Source: an uncultured Pseudomonadota bacterium
Lineage (GTDB): Bacteria > BMS3Abin14
NCBI GenBank assembly: GCA_964454175.1
Contig: CAYVSA010000027.1
Coordinates: forward strand, 1-27,148
Length of the DNA stretch: 27,148 nucleotides
Reading direction: 5' to 3'
How positions within the stretch are numbered: the first letter of the stretch is position 1; the number at the start of each line of letters is the position of its first letter. Shown piece by piece: positions 1 through 8,435 of this stretch. A model generated the notes under the pieces. The model had not been told where the DNA came from, searched no databases, and saw nothing but the letters and a program-made list of their open reading frames with translations. A program made the position numbers and the translations under genes.

Positions 1-110
1 ATTCGTCTCCCAACGCCATTGAAGCCTATGAAAGAATGGGATTTGAGACCACAGGGAAAGAGCAAACCATCAACGGTGTCCGCTCCACACCCATGAGGCT
101 GAGGTTTTAG
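1..110 (+). CDS. 3' end of a GNAT-family N-acetyltransferase (partial, runs off the window start)
   Basis: Frame from nt 3 reads SSPNAIEAYERMGFETTGKEQTINGVRSTPMRLRF* (TAG 108-110). This resembles the C-terminal GNAT motif (N)SSxxAxxxYxxxGF. Confidence 0.7.
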   Translation, partial: SSPNAIEAYERMGFETTGKEQTINGVRSTPMRLRF

Positions 111-152
111 GCATTGTCAAAAGGTGTCAGAGCAAATCTGTTCCCAAAATTC

Positions 153-219
153 ACCCTCTCCTAACCTCTCCCCCTTGGCACGCCGTAGCTTAAAGCGAAG
201 GCGGCTCAAGGGAGAGGGA
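153..219. repeat. REP-like GC-rich palindrome with a nested second hairpin
   Basis: CCCTCTCCTAACCTCTCCCCCTTG...CAAGGGAGAGGG stem encloses CGCCGTAGCTTAAAGCGAAGGCG (inner CGCC/GGCG and GCT/AGC stems). Confidence 0.6.
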
Positions 220-240
220 TTAAACCAACTCAAAATTTTA

Positions 241-357
241 CTCTGTGAAACTCCGTGACGCCCTGTGTACCCTGTGTTGAATTGGGTTTTGCACAGTGTG
301 TCTTTTTGTGCCTCAACCCCAGATTTTCTTTGCGATCTTTGCGAGTCTGGCGTGAGA
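241..357. repeat. Two clusters of short degenerate tandem repeats
   Basis: CTCTGTG/CTCCGTG/CCCTGTG/CCCTGTG at about 10-nt period (241-276). TCTTTGCGA x2 then GTCTGGCGTGAGA (327-357). Confidence 0.5.
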
Positions 358-370
358 TAAAAAACCTCTT

Positions 371-399
371 TTGACTTTTCCAGATTTATAAATTATCCT
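371..399 (+). promoter_or_regulatory. Sigma70-type promoter for the TPP riboswitch/thiC transcript
   Basis: TTGACT (371-376), 17-bp spacer, TATCCT (394-399), about 14 nt upstream of the aptamer. Confidence 0.65.
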
Positions 400-412
400 T
401 TACCCCAAATTA

Positions 413-492
413 ACCGTTAGGGGCGCTCGGTTACCTGGGCTGAGATAGACCCTCAGAACCTGACCTGGATAATGCCAGCGGAGGGAAACGGC
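413..492 (+). ncRNA. TPP riboswitch (THI box)
   Basis: Conserved GGGG..GC...CTGAGA...ACCC...GAACCTGA.CTGGATAATGCCAGCG.AGGGAA elements. P1 is CCGTT(414-418)/AACGG(487-491). Lies directly upstream of thiC. Confidence 0.95.
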
Positions 493-528
493 AGTCATTA
501 TTGTACCGTCATCACTGCGACGGGCTGC

Positions 529-557
529 GCCGCTTCCCCCAATGGGAGCGGTTTTTT
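529..557 (+). terminator. Riboswitch expression-platform intrinsic terminator
   Basis: CCGCTTCCC-loop-GGGAGCGG stem followed by TTTTTT. Its 5' arm (529-538) can alternatively pair 9/10 with aptamer nt 483-492. Confidence 0.8.
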
Positions 558-683
558 GCTTTCAGGCCGGGAGTGTCTTTCAGCCCTTCAATTGAGCCCA
601 CCAGGGTGGCGCGAATGATCGGGCCGCTGCGGAAATACAAACACCTTCGGGTATACTTACAGGAAACGGAGACGACTGAGACC

Positions 684-1952
684 ATGAGCACACAAAGAAT
701 TGCTGCCATTGAGGGCAGGATCACCAATGAGATGAAGTACGTCGCGGCCCAGGAGGACGTCGATATTGAGGTAGTAAAAAAAGCCCTGGCCGACGGCACC
801 GCCGCGATCCCCGCAAACCCTCTGCATAAGTCACTCAAACCCAGGGGGGTTGGAGGACCGTTCACTGTCAAGGTCAACGCCAACTTCGGCACCAGCCTTG
901 CTTGCAACGATCCGGAGTCGGAGCTCAAGAAACTTGACGTTGCTATCGAAGCCGGCGCCGATGCGGTGATGGACCTTTCAACTGGGGGGGATCTTGTAGA
1001 CTTGAGGCGGGCGATAATTGAACGTTCCACTGTGCCCGTGGGCACAGTTCCAATTTATGACGCGGCCCTTAAAGCGTATGAGCTGAGAGAAGATCCGTCA
1101 AAGCTCTCGGTAGATGAGCTTTTCGATGCGATCCGCGAGCACGCCGAGATGGGTGTTGATTTCGTAACTCTCCACTGCGGCGTCACCAGATCGGCAGTGG
1201 AGAAAGTGAGGTCTTCCGGGCGTGTAACCAGGATCGTAAGCCGCGGAGGCTCAATGCTGGCTGCCTGGATGGAGAGGGAAAATGACGAGAACCCGCTGTA
1301 TTCAAGGTACGATGAGATCCTGGAAATACTAAAGAAGCATGATGTCACGATCAGTCTCGGAGATGGACTCCGGCCGGGAAGTCTGGCCGATGCAACGGAC
1401 CCGGCGCAGTTAGAAGAGCTCGTCACCCTTGGCGAGCTCACCTTGAGGGCCTGGGACGCAGGCGTTCAGGTTATGGTGGAAGGACCGGGCCACGTACCCC
1501 TGCACCAGGTGCAGGCCAACGTCGTTCTGCAGAAAAAATTGTGCCATGGAGCACCCTTTTACGTCCTGGGGCCCCTGGTTACGGATATCGGCGCCGGGTA
1601 CGATCACATCACAGCTGCTATCGGAGGCGCTCTGGCCGGGATGGCGGGTGCGGATTTCCTGTGCTACGTAACACCGGCTGAGCATCTTGCCCTTCCTAAC
1701 CTTGACGATGTCCGAAGGGGCGTCGTGGCCACTAAAATAGCGGCGCACGCCGTAGATATTGCAAAGGGCAACAAGGCGGCCTTTCAAAGAGACCTGAAGA
1801 TGTCCGAGTGCAGGGCGGCCCTGGATTGGAAGGGACAGATCGAACACGCCCTGGATCCCATCGAGGTCAAGGAACGGCTGTCCGGGAGGCAGGACCCGGA
1901 GGAGGACTGCTCCATGTGCGGAAAGCTCTGCGCAATGAAAGTGTTCGCTTGA
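684..1952 (+). CDS. thiC: Phosphomethylpyrimidine synthase ThiC (short form)
   Basis: KVNANFGTS, MDLSTGG, SRGGS, SLGDGLRPG, EGPGHVP, YDHIT, CYVTPAEHL and C-terminal CSMCGKLC Fe-S motif. A TPP riboswitch is upstream. The start is moved to ATG 684 because the ORF-track start (501) lies within the riboswitch platform. Confidence 0.95.
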   Translation: MSTQRIAAIEGRITNEMKYVAAQEDVDIEVVKKALADGTAAIPANPLHKSLKPRGVGGPFTVKVNANFGTSLACNDPESELKKLDVAIEAGADAVMDLSTGGDLVDLRRAIIERSTVPVGTVPIYDAALKAYELREDPSKLSVDELFDAIREHAEMGVDFVTLHCGVTRSAVEKVRSSGRVTRIVSRGGSMLAAWMERENDENPLYSRYDEILEILKKHDVTISLGDGLRPGSLADATDPAQLEELVTLGELTLRAWDAGVQVMVEGPGHVPLHQVQANVVLQKKLCHGAPFYVLGPLVTDIGAGYDHITAAIGGALAGMAGADFLCYVTPAEHLALPNLDDVRRGVVATKIAAHAVDIAKGNKAAFQRDLKMSECRAALDWKGQIEHALDPIEVKERLSGRQDPEEDCSMCGKLCAMKVFA

Positions 1953-2018
1953 GAACAGCTCCTGTTCGGTATTCAAGCTGTATCGAAAACAGAATCACTT
2001 AAATATAAAGGAGGTCAC

Positions 2019-2501
2019 ATGTTCACAAACATTCTTCTACCTACCGATGGATTGAAGGTCTGCGAGGATGCAGTTGGTAGCGGCATCAAGCTGGCCAAGT
2101 CCCTGAAAGCAAAAGTTACCGGGGTTCACGTAACGCCAAAACTCAGCCCGAGGGAGCTGCTCCATGCCTACCACCCCGAGATGCTGTGGAGTAGGGATGA
2201 GGCTGAAAAGGCCCAGGAAGCCATGAACCACCTTGAGGCCCTCAACAAGTCTTCAGCTGACAAGTACCTTTCACTTATTGAGCGCCTGGCAGGGGATGCT
2301 GGAGTGGAAAGCGAGATAGTTTACATTCAGAACGAGTCTCCTTCCACAGGGATCATAAAGGTGGCCAAGGAAAAGGGGTGTGACCTGATCTTCATAGCCT
2401 CTCACAGCAAGGGAGGCCTTGCAGGGGCTATCCTGGGGACGGTTACCACCAAGATCCTTGCAAAGTCCAACATACCCGTATTGGTCCATAGGTGTGACTG
2501 A
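2019..2501 (+). CDS. Universal stress protein (UspA family)
   Basis: N-terminal ILLPTDG, C-terminal CDLIFIASH...ILGTVTTKILAKSNIPVLV. SD AAGGAGG upstream. Confidence 0.92.
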   Translation: MFTNILLPTDGLKVCEDAVGSGIKLAKSLKAKVTGVHVTPKLSPRELLHAYHPEMLWSRDEAEKAQEAMNHLEALNKSSADKYLSLIERLAGDAGVESEIVYIQNESPSTGIIKVAKEKGCDLIFIASHSKGGLAGAILGTVTTKILAKSNIPVLVHRCD

Positions 2502-2535
2502 TTGACGCTGTAATTTAATAGTTGGTGACCTTGAT

Positions 2536-4332
2536 ATGACTGGTGAATGCGTACATCCCGGCCTGAAGAAGTGGGTCGACGAAGTGGCTGGCATGTGCCG
2601 GCCTGAAAAAATATGCTGGTGCGACGGCTCTGTCGAAGAGTACAACAGGCTCATGGGGGAGATGGTCCTGGCCGGTTCAGCCATTCCCCTCGCAGGCAGG
2701 GCCAACAGCTTCCTCTTCAGGTCGGATCCCAGCGATGTGGCGAGGGTCGAAGGCCGCACATACGTCAGCACAAGCCACCAGATCGATGCCGGGCCCAACA
2801 ATAACTGGCTCCCTCCCGGCGACCTGAAAAGGACTATGGGCACCCTTCTGGACGGCTGCATGAGGGGACGAACCATGTACGTCATCCCGTTCTCCATGGG
2901 CCCCATTGGTTCTCCAATGGCTAAAACGGGGATTCAGATCACTGACAGCTCCTACGCTGTGTGCAACATGCGCATTATGACGAGGATGGGCAAGAGCATC
3001 CTTGAGTCACTTGGTACCGATGGTGACTTCATACCCTGCCTGCATTCAGTGGGTGCACCCCTGGAGCCGGGTCAGGAGGATTCCCCCTGGCCCTGCGCTC
3101 CCATGGAGCAGAAGTACATAAGTCATTTCCCCGAGGAGAACCTGGTGTGGTCCTATGGGTCGGGGTACGGGGGCAACGCCCTGCTGGGCAAAAAATGCCT
3201 GAGTCTTCGGCTGGCATCGAACATGGCCAGCCGTGAGGGCTGGCTGGCAGAACACATGCTGCTTCTCAGGCTTATCAGTCCAGAGGGGAGGAAGTACCAC
3301 ATCGCCGGTGCCTTCCCCTCGGCTTGCGGCAAGACGAATCTCTCCATGATCCAGCCAACACTTCCCGGGTGGCGGGCCGAGACCATCGGCGACGACATCG
3401 CCTGGATGAAGATCAACTCTGACGGCAGGCTCCACGCCATCAATCCTGAAACAGGCTTCTTCGGGGTGGCTCCGGGCACTTCAAGCTGGTCGAACCCCGT
3501 TGCCGTGGATACCATGAAGGAAAATGCGATCTTCACCAACTGTGCTTTAACAGACTCAGGAGATGTCTGGTGGGAGGAAATGGACGGCCAGGCACCATCA
3601 CACGCCATAGACTGGAAGGGGCAGGACTGGACGCCGGGCTGCGGTCGGCCAGCTGCACACCCCAACGCCAGGTTCACAGCTCCGGCCAGTCAGTGCCCCC
3701 ATATAAGCCCAGACTGGGAAGACCCCGAGGGCGTTCCAGTGGACATCATAATATTTGGCGGCCGCAGGGCTGATACTATTCCCCTGGTCACCGAGGCCTT
3801 CGATTGGGATCACGGTGTTTTCATGGGTGCATCGGCCTCTTCTGAAACTACGGCAGCAATAATCGACAAGGTTGGGAAGGTTCGGAGGGACCCCTTCGCC
3901 ATGAAGCCGTTTTGCGGTTACAATATGGGCGACTATTTCAGTCACTGGCTGGAGATGGGAGACCGACTTGGTGACAGGGCACCGAAGATCTTTTACGTGA
4001 ACTGGTTCCGCAAGGGGCAAGACGGACGATGGCTCTGGCCTGGCTTTGGTGAGAACAGCCGTGTTCTGAAGTGGATGTGCGACAGAGTCGACAGCAGGGT
4101 AGGGGCCAGGGAGACCCCCATTGGCAACATGCCGGAAGAGGGGGGTCTGGACCTGGAAGGACTTTTCCTACCAGAGGGCGACATGCGCGAGCTGATGAAG
4201 GTGGATGTTGGGAACTGGAAAAAAGAACTTCCTGATCTTGAATCCTACTTCAGTCAGTTTAAAGGTCGTCTCCCGGAGCGTCTCTTTGGGCAGCTGGAGG
4301 GTCTTAAGGGGAGGCTGGAAAACCGAAAATAA
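2536..4332 (+). CDS. pckG: Phosphoenolpyruvate carboxykinase (GTP)
   Basis: [96 protein letters not shown]. Confidence 0.97.
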   Translation: MTGECVHPGLKKWVDEVAGMCRPEKICWCDGSVEEYNRLMGEMVLAGSAIPLAGRANSFLFRSDPSDVARVEGRTYVSTSHQIDAGPNNNWLPPGDLKRTMGTLLDGCMRGRTMYVIPFSMGPIGSPMAKTGIQITDSSYAVCNMRIMTRMGKSILESLGTDGDFIPCLHSVGAPLEPGQEDSPWPCAPMEQKYISHFPEENLVWSYGSGYGGNALLGKKCLSLRLASNMASREGWLAEHMLLLRLISPEGRKYHIAGAFPSACGKTNLSMIQPTLPGWRAETIGDDIAWMKINSDGRLHAINPETGFFGVAPGTSSWSNPVAVDTMKENAIFTNCALTDSGDVWWEEMDGQAPSHAIDWKGQDWTPGCGRPAAHPNARFTAPASQCPHISPDWEDPEGVPVDIIIFGGRRADTIPLVTEAFDWDHGVFMGASASSETTAAIIDKVGKVRRDPFAMKPFCGYNMGDYFSHWLEMGDRLGDRAPKIFYVNWFRKGQDGRWLWPGFGENSRVLKWMCDRVDSRVGARETPIGNMPEEGGLDLEGLFLPEGDMRELMKVDVGNWKKELPDLESYFSQFKGRLPERLFGQLEGLKGRLENRK

Positions 4333-4394
4333 ACGAAGTCGAAAAGTAGGTGCCTGTTTTAGAACACCGGGAACAAAGTCAGTCACGGTTGCAG

Positions 4395-4430
4395 AAAAAG
4401 AACCCGCCCGCAAAAGGCGGGTATTTTTTT
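4395..4430. terminator. Intrinsic terminator after pckG (possibly bidirectional)
   Basis: AAAAAGAACCCGCC-cgcaaaa-GGCGGGTATTTTTTT. Confidence 0.85.
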
Positions 4431-4543
4431 AAGGGGCGGGTGCATCATATGAGTGAAACAACATGATCCAACTGATTATTACGGGCTGGCAGGATACATT
4501 TTACTGAAGTCAGTGTGTGAAACGGCGGAGCAAAGGTGGTAAG

Positions 4544-4579
4544 GGTGAGCGTATTGCCGGTGGTAAGCGTTTTGCCGGT
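4544..4579. repeat. 18-bp tandem direct repeat upstream of the AAA/OOR promoter
   Basis: GGTGAGCGTATTGCCGGT and GGTAAGCGTTTTGCCGGT, 16/18 identical. Confidence 0.55.
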
Positions 4580-4619
4580 AAGAAATATAAAATGGTGTTT
4601 ATAAAATGCCGTTTTTTTA

Positions 4620-4648
4620 TTGACATGACCGTGGACCGCAATTATAGT
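4620..4648 (+). promoter_or_regulatory. Sigma70-type promoter of the CDC48-FadR-OOR cluster
   Basis: TTGACA (4620-4625), 17-bp spacer, TATAGT (4643-4648). Confidence 0.85.
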
Positions 4649-4780
4649 GGTCCGACCATCAGGCCACCGTGATTAAAACCTGTAAAACTGAATATAACGG
4701 CATAAACGCGGTGGACAGGTTTTTGGAGTTCATTGGTCTGACCATCATACCAGGTGATCCAACATTGATGGTCAGACCAA
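4648..4780. promoter_or_regulatory. Three FadR/PdhR-type operators TGGTCnGACCA
   Basis: TGGTCCGACCA 4648-4658 (over -10/+1), TGGTCTGACCA 4734-4744, TGGTCAGACCA 4769-4779. They match the FadR-subfamily TGGT-N3-ACCA palindrome, and a FadR-family gene lies in the cluster. Confidence 0.85.
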
Positions 4781-4807
4781 CAAATCACTCTCAGCATCTG
4801 GAAGAAA

Positions 4808-6979
4808 GTGAAAGTCAGACAGAAACCGGAGAAAATAGAGGAAGTGTCGTTGCGAGTTGCCAAAGCCTTTATAGAGGATGAGGGAAAAGGGCTGGCTCGC
4901 CTTGACACGATCCACCTGGAGGGCCTCCGGGCTGTGCCGGGTGACGCCCTCGTGATCTCCGGCCGCGGCTCAACGGTTGCCAGGGCGGCCGAAACCACAA
5001 CCGAGTATACCGGTCAGAACCTCGTGCAGATAGACGGTATCATCAGGGACAACGCCCAGGTTTCGGTTGACGAGTGGTGCACGATCCAGAAAGTAAAAGT
5101 CAAGGCGGCCGAGAGCGTCCTTCTCTCGCCCCTGGAAGGTTCAAGCCTGATCCCCAAGGACGAGGAGATGCAGCATGTCCAGCAGCTCCTTTCGGGACTC
5201 CACGTTGTCATCGGCGACAAGATCCAGATCATCCTGTACGGAACAAGGCCCCAGTTCTTCTTTGTTGACGGAGCCAGTCCAAGGGGTGTTGTTCGAATAA
5301 CTCCCGATACTACTATTCACTTCAAGGCCACGGATGTCGCCCACGAGAAAACCTTGAGGGTCTCTTACGAGGACATCGGCGGCCTTGAAAAGGAGCTGTC
5401 CCTCGTAAGAGAGATGATCGAACTGCCGCTGAAATTTCCTGGCTTGTTCACCACCCTGGGAATAGACCCCCCCCAGGGTGTTTTACTGTCCGGACCACCG
5501 GGAACGGGCAAGACCCTCCTTGCCAGGACGATCTCCAACGAGGTGAGGGCGCATTTTATTCACGTCAACGGCCCCGAAGTGATCCACAAGTTCTACGGTG
5601 AGAGCGAGGCTAAACTGAGAGAAGTTTTCGAAGAGGCTCGCAGAAATGCTCCCAGTATTATCTTCCTTGACGAGATCGATGCTCTGGCCCCACGTCGAGC
5701 CCAGGTTATTGGAGACGTTGAAAAGCGGGTAGTGGCCCAACTGCTGGCCCTCATGGATGGACTGGTCTCCAGGGGTGAAGTTGTCATTATCGGGGCAACG
5801 AACTTGCCGGAGCTTGTTGACCCGGCTCTGCGCCGCCCGGGAAGGTTCGATCGAGAGATAACCATCGGCGTACCCAACAGACCGGGCCGCCTTCAGATAC
5901 TGAAGATCCACTCCAGCAGGATGCCGCTGGCAGAGGACGTGGACCTGGACCACCTGGCCGGGATAACCCATGGCTATGTCGGGGCTGATATCGCCGCCCT
6001 GTGCAAGGAAGCCGGGATGGTCACCCTTCGCCGATTGATGCCGGAGATCAGGTTCGAAGTTGATGACAGGCCGCAGCTTCCCGAGGGCGCTGCCGTAAAA
6101 GTCACAGGTGAAGATTTTCTGGAAGCCTTCAAGAGTGTGGAGCCAACTGCCACGAGGGAGTTCATGACCGAAAGACCCAGGCTCAGATTCAGCGATGTTG
6201 GAGGTCTTGAGGAGATCAAACAGAACCTGAAATCCATAGTGGAACTCCCCATGCGCGGTATATCCACTTTTACCAACTCGAGATTGGGGCCGCCTAAAGG
6301 GGTTCTCTTTACTGGCAGGTCCGGAACCGGAAAGACTCTCATGGCCAGGTCTCTTGCAGGAGAGATGGGCATAGCTCTGATAGTTGTTGATCCTCCCACC
6401 CTTTTGTCCAAATGGGTTGGAGAGTCAGAAAAAGGGTTGAGGGAGGTTTTTAAACGGGCCAAGCAGGCGTCACCCTGCATTCTTTTCCTGGACGAGATAG
6501 AGGCTATCGCGTCTGCCCGTTCTGCCGAGTATTCAAGCGATGTCTCCCAGAGGGTCGTGAGCCAGCTCTTCAGGGAACTTGACGAACTACACGGCTCCCT
6601 CGGGGTGATCGTCGTGGCAGCCACAAACCGTATTGACCTTGTTGAACCTGCCCTGCTGAGAGCAGGCCGTTTTGATTATATTATCGAATTTCCTCTTCCA
6701 GGTGAGAAGGAGAGGGAGGAGATCTTTTCCACATATATGCAGTCGATTCCTTTCGAAGCCGACGTGGATCTGCACCTTCTTGCTGAAAGGAGCGAGGGGT
6801 GGACGGGGGCCGATATAGAGGCTCTTTGCAAGAGGGCGCTCATGCTGGCACTTGAGGAATTCATGGATAACGGGGGAGAGTCGGATCTCTCATTGTGTGT
6901 GATCACATCCAGGCATTTTGATGGGGCGTCATCGCAGCATTCATTCGCTGCCGTTGATCCCTCACCGGTAAAGCACTGA
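4808..6979 (+). CDS. CDC48/p97/VAT-family double-ring AAA+ ATPase
   Basis: CDC48-type N domain (LRVAKA..DEGKGLARLD). D1: YEDIGGL, GPPGTGKT, KFYGESE, FLDEID, ALRRPGRFDR. D2: FSDVGGL, GRSGTGKT, KWVGESE, FLDEIE, ALLRAGRFD. The GTG start is uncertain. Confidence 0.93.
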   Translation: MKVRQKPEKIEEVSLRVAKAFIEDEGKGLARLDTIHLEGLRAVPGDALVISGRGSTVARAAETTTEYTGQNLVQIDGIIRDNAQVSVDEWCTIQKVKVKAAESVLLSPLEGSSLIPKDEEMQHVQQLLSGLHVVIGDKIQIILYGTRPQFFFVDGASPRGVVRITPDTTIHFKATDVAHEKTLRVSYEDIGGLEKELSLVREMIELPLKFPGLFTTLGIDPPQGVLLSGPPGTGKTLLARTISNEVRAHFIHVNGPEVIHKFYGESEAKLREVFEEARRNAPSIIFLDEIDALAPRRAQVIGDVEKRVVAQLLALMDGLVSRGEVVIIGATNLPELVDPALRRPGRFDREITIGVPNRPGRLQILKIHSSRMPLAEDVDLDHLAGITHGYVGADIAALCKEAGMVTLRRLMPEIRFEVDDRPQLPEGAAVKVTGEDFLEAFKSVEPTATREFMTERPRLRFSDVGGLEEIKQNLKSIVELPMRGISTFTNSRLGPPKGVLFTGRSGTGKTLMARSLAGEMGIALIVVDPPTLLSKWVGESEKGLREVFKRAKQASPCILFLDEIEAIASARSAEYSSDVSQRVVSQLFRELDELHGSLGVIVVAATNRIDLVEPALLRAGRFDYIIEFPLPGEKEREEIFSTYMQSIPFEADVDLHLLAERSEGWTGADIEALCKRALMLALEEFMDNGGESDLSLCVITSRHFDGASSQHSFAAVDPSPVKH

Positions 6980-7014
6980 CCTTGGTTGGCCCGGACAGGA
7001 TGGGAAAGGAATAG

Positions 7015-7749
7015 ATGTTCAAGCCGGTAAAGAAGACAAGGGTATACGAAGAGATCGTCCAGAAGGTCAAGGGGATGGTCGAACAAGGGATGCTCATATC
7101 GGGAGACCAGCTTCCCTCGGAAAGAGAGCTTTCAGAGGTTTTTAAGGTCAGCAGATCTTCCGTCAGAGAGGCACTCAGGGCCCTGGAGAGCCAGGGTTTT
7201 CTCGAGAGTCGGCAGGGAGACGGCACCTACATTGCGAGCCGCCCGGTGGAAGACCTCGTCGACCCCCTTGCTGAAATTATCTTTACCGAAAAGGACGGCC
7301 AGATGGAGCTCTTTGAAATGCGGCGGCTTATTGAGCCTCAGCTTGCCTGCCTCGCAGCTGAGCGAGCCACTCCGCAGGATATTGCCGAGATGGAGGAGAT
7401 CCTGAAGACGCAGCAGGATCTGGTGAGCGCAGGGGAGCCCGGTACTGATATCGACAAGCTGTTTCACGACAAGCTTTCAGCTGCGACGAAAAACACGATA
7501 CTCATTCGAATAATGGACACAGTAATGGACTCCCTCACTGAAAGTCGTGAGAAGTCACTACAAACAGAAGGAAGGCCCTGGAAATCCCTTTCACGCCACA
7601 GGGAGATCCTGGATGCCATCAAAACGGGGGATAAAGAGCGCGCGGCAAATATAATGCGCGAGCACCTCGAAGACATTGAGGCTGGTCTGTTTACAGTGGA
7701 AGAAAGGAGGAACCTCGAGACCAAGACCAGAAAGGGGGGCGATAGCTAG
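7015..7749 (+). CDS. GntR-family regulator, FadR subfamily (PdhR/LldR/GlcC-like)
   Basis: wHTH GDQLPSERELSEVFKVSRSSVREALRAL. FCD domain with RRLIE, DKLFH, N and HREI residues. Confidence 0.95.
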   Translation: MFKPVKKTRVYEEIVQKVKGMVEQGMLISGDQLPSERELSEVFKVSRSSVREALRALESQGFLESRQGDGTYIASRPVEDLVDPLAEIIFTEKDGQMELFEMRRLIEPQLACLAAERATPQDIAEMEEILKTQQDLVSAGEPGTDIDKLFHDKLSAATKNTILIRIMDTVMDSLTESREKSLQTEGRPWKSLSRHREILDAIKTGDKERAANIMREHLEDIEAGLFTVEERRNLETKTRKGGDS

Positions 7750-7803
7750 AATTATCTTATCGCTTTTTTTGTACGACTATTTTCGATCAAAGGAGGAAAA
7801 GTT

Positions 7804-8418
7804 ATGGCCGAAGTCTATGAGATTACAATCTGGGCCCGCGGGGTTATCCAGGATATGGAGGGACGTCATCTGTCGCTCCTCATGGCGAACTCAGCGGACA
7901 AGGACGGCAAGTTTGTCCAGGCGTGGGACAATTACGCCGATCTGCCGGACAGAGTTGGAGTTCCTCTTCGAAAGTATGCCCGCATCAGCGACGAAGAGAT
8001 AGAGATGCGCTACGACTACGAAAACCTGAACCCCAACATGTCCGTAGTTATGGATGACACCATTGTGAAGGGCATTGATATCCTGTACGGCATGCCCAAG
8101 GGCGGAGTTCTTGTTGTCAACACGAAGAGAACTCCCGATGAGATCCTAAAGTTCATACCTAACAAGGATATTCTTTCGGCCCTGGTCTGTGTGGACGCCG
8201 AAGGCATTTCAGGTGCCATGTCCATGGAGGATGTCGACTTTATGGGATCCGAAGGTGGTGTGGAAACTGCCGAAGTCGGAAAGGGTCTATCCGCGCCGTT
8301 AGTTGGTGCTGCGGCCAAGGCTGTCGACCTGCTGACCCTGGACAGCCTGGTGGCTGTTGCCGCCAACAAGGAAGGCGTCAAGGCTGGTTACGAGCAGGCT
8401 ATGGTGAAAGCCCTTTAG
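7804..8418 (+). CDS. Oxalate oxidoreductase-like 2-oxoacid:ferredoxin oxidoreductase, gamma subunit (domain III)
   Basis: ITIWARGV, QAWDNYADLPDRVGVPLRKYARIS, VLVVNTKR and GSEGG closely resemble the N-terminal part of the Moorella OOR delta chain as recalled. SD AAGGAGG. Confidence 0.85.
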   Translation: MAEVYEITIWARGVIQDMEGRHLSLLMANSADKDGKFVQAWDNYADLPDRVGVPLRKYARISDEEIEMRYDYENLNPNMSVVMDDTIVKGIDILYGMPKGGVLVVNTKRTPDEILKFIPNKDILSALVCVDAEGISGAMSMEDVDFMGSEGGVETAEVGKGLSAPLVGAAAKAVDLLTLDSLVAVAANKEGVKAGYEQAMVKAL

Positions 8419-8435
8419 ACAAGAAGGAGATGATC

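Noticed and set aside
501-683. 61-aa N-terminal extension of ThiC in the ORF track
   Set aside because: It overlaps the riboswitch terminator; ThiC similarity starts at Met 684.
684-1952. BzaA/B/F (ThiC paralogues for the cobamide lower ligand)
   Set aside because: The upstream element is a TPP riboswitch, not a cobalamin one, and no cobamide genes are nearby.
4642-4998. Short ORFs over the promoter and operator region (4669-4881 +, 4642-4998 -)
   Set aside because: No SD or recognisable domain; they overlap operators and the ATPase start.
4808-6979. FtsH, proteasomal ATPase or anti-phage AAA system
   Set aside because: No TM or protease domain, no HbYX tail, and no adjacent protease or nuclease. 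The domain layout is CDC48 and the context is metabolic.
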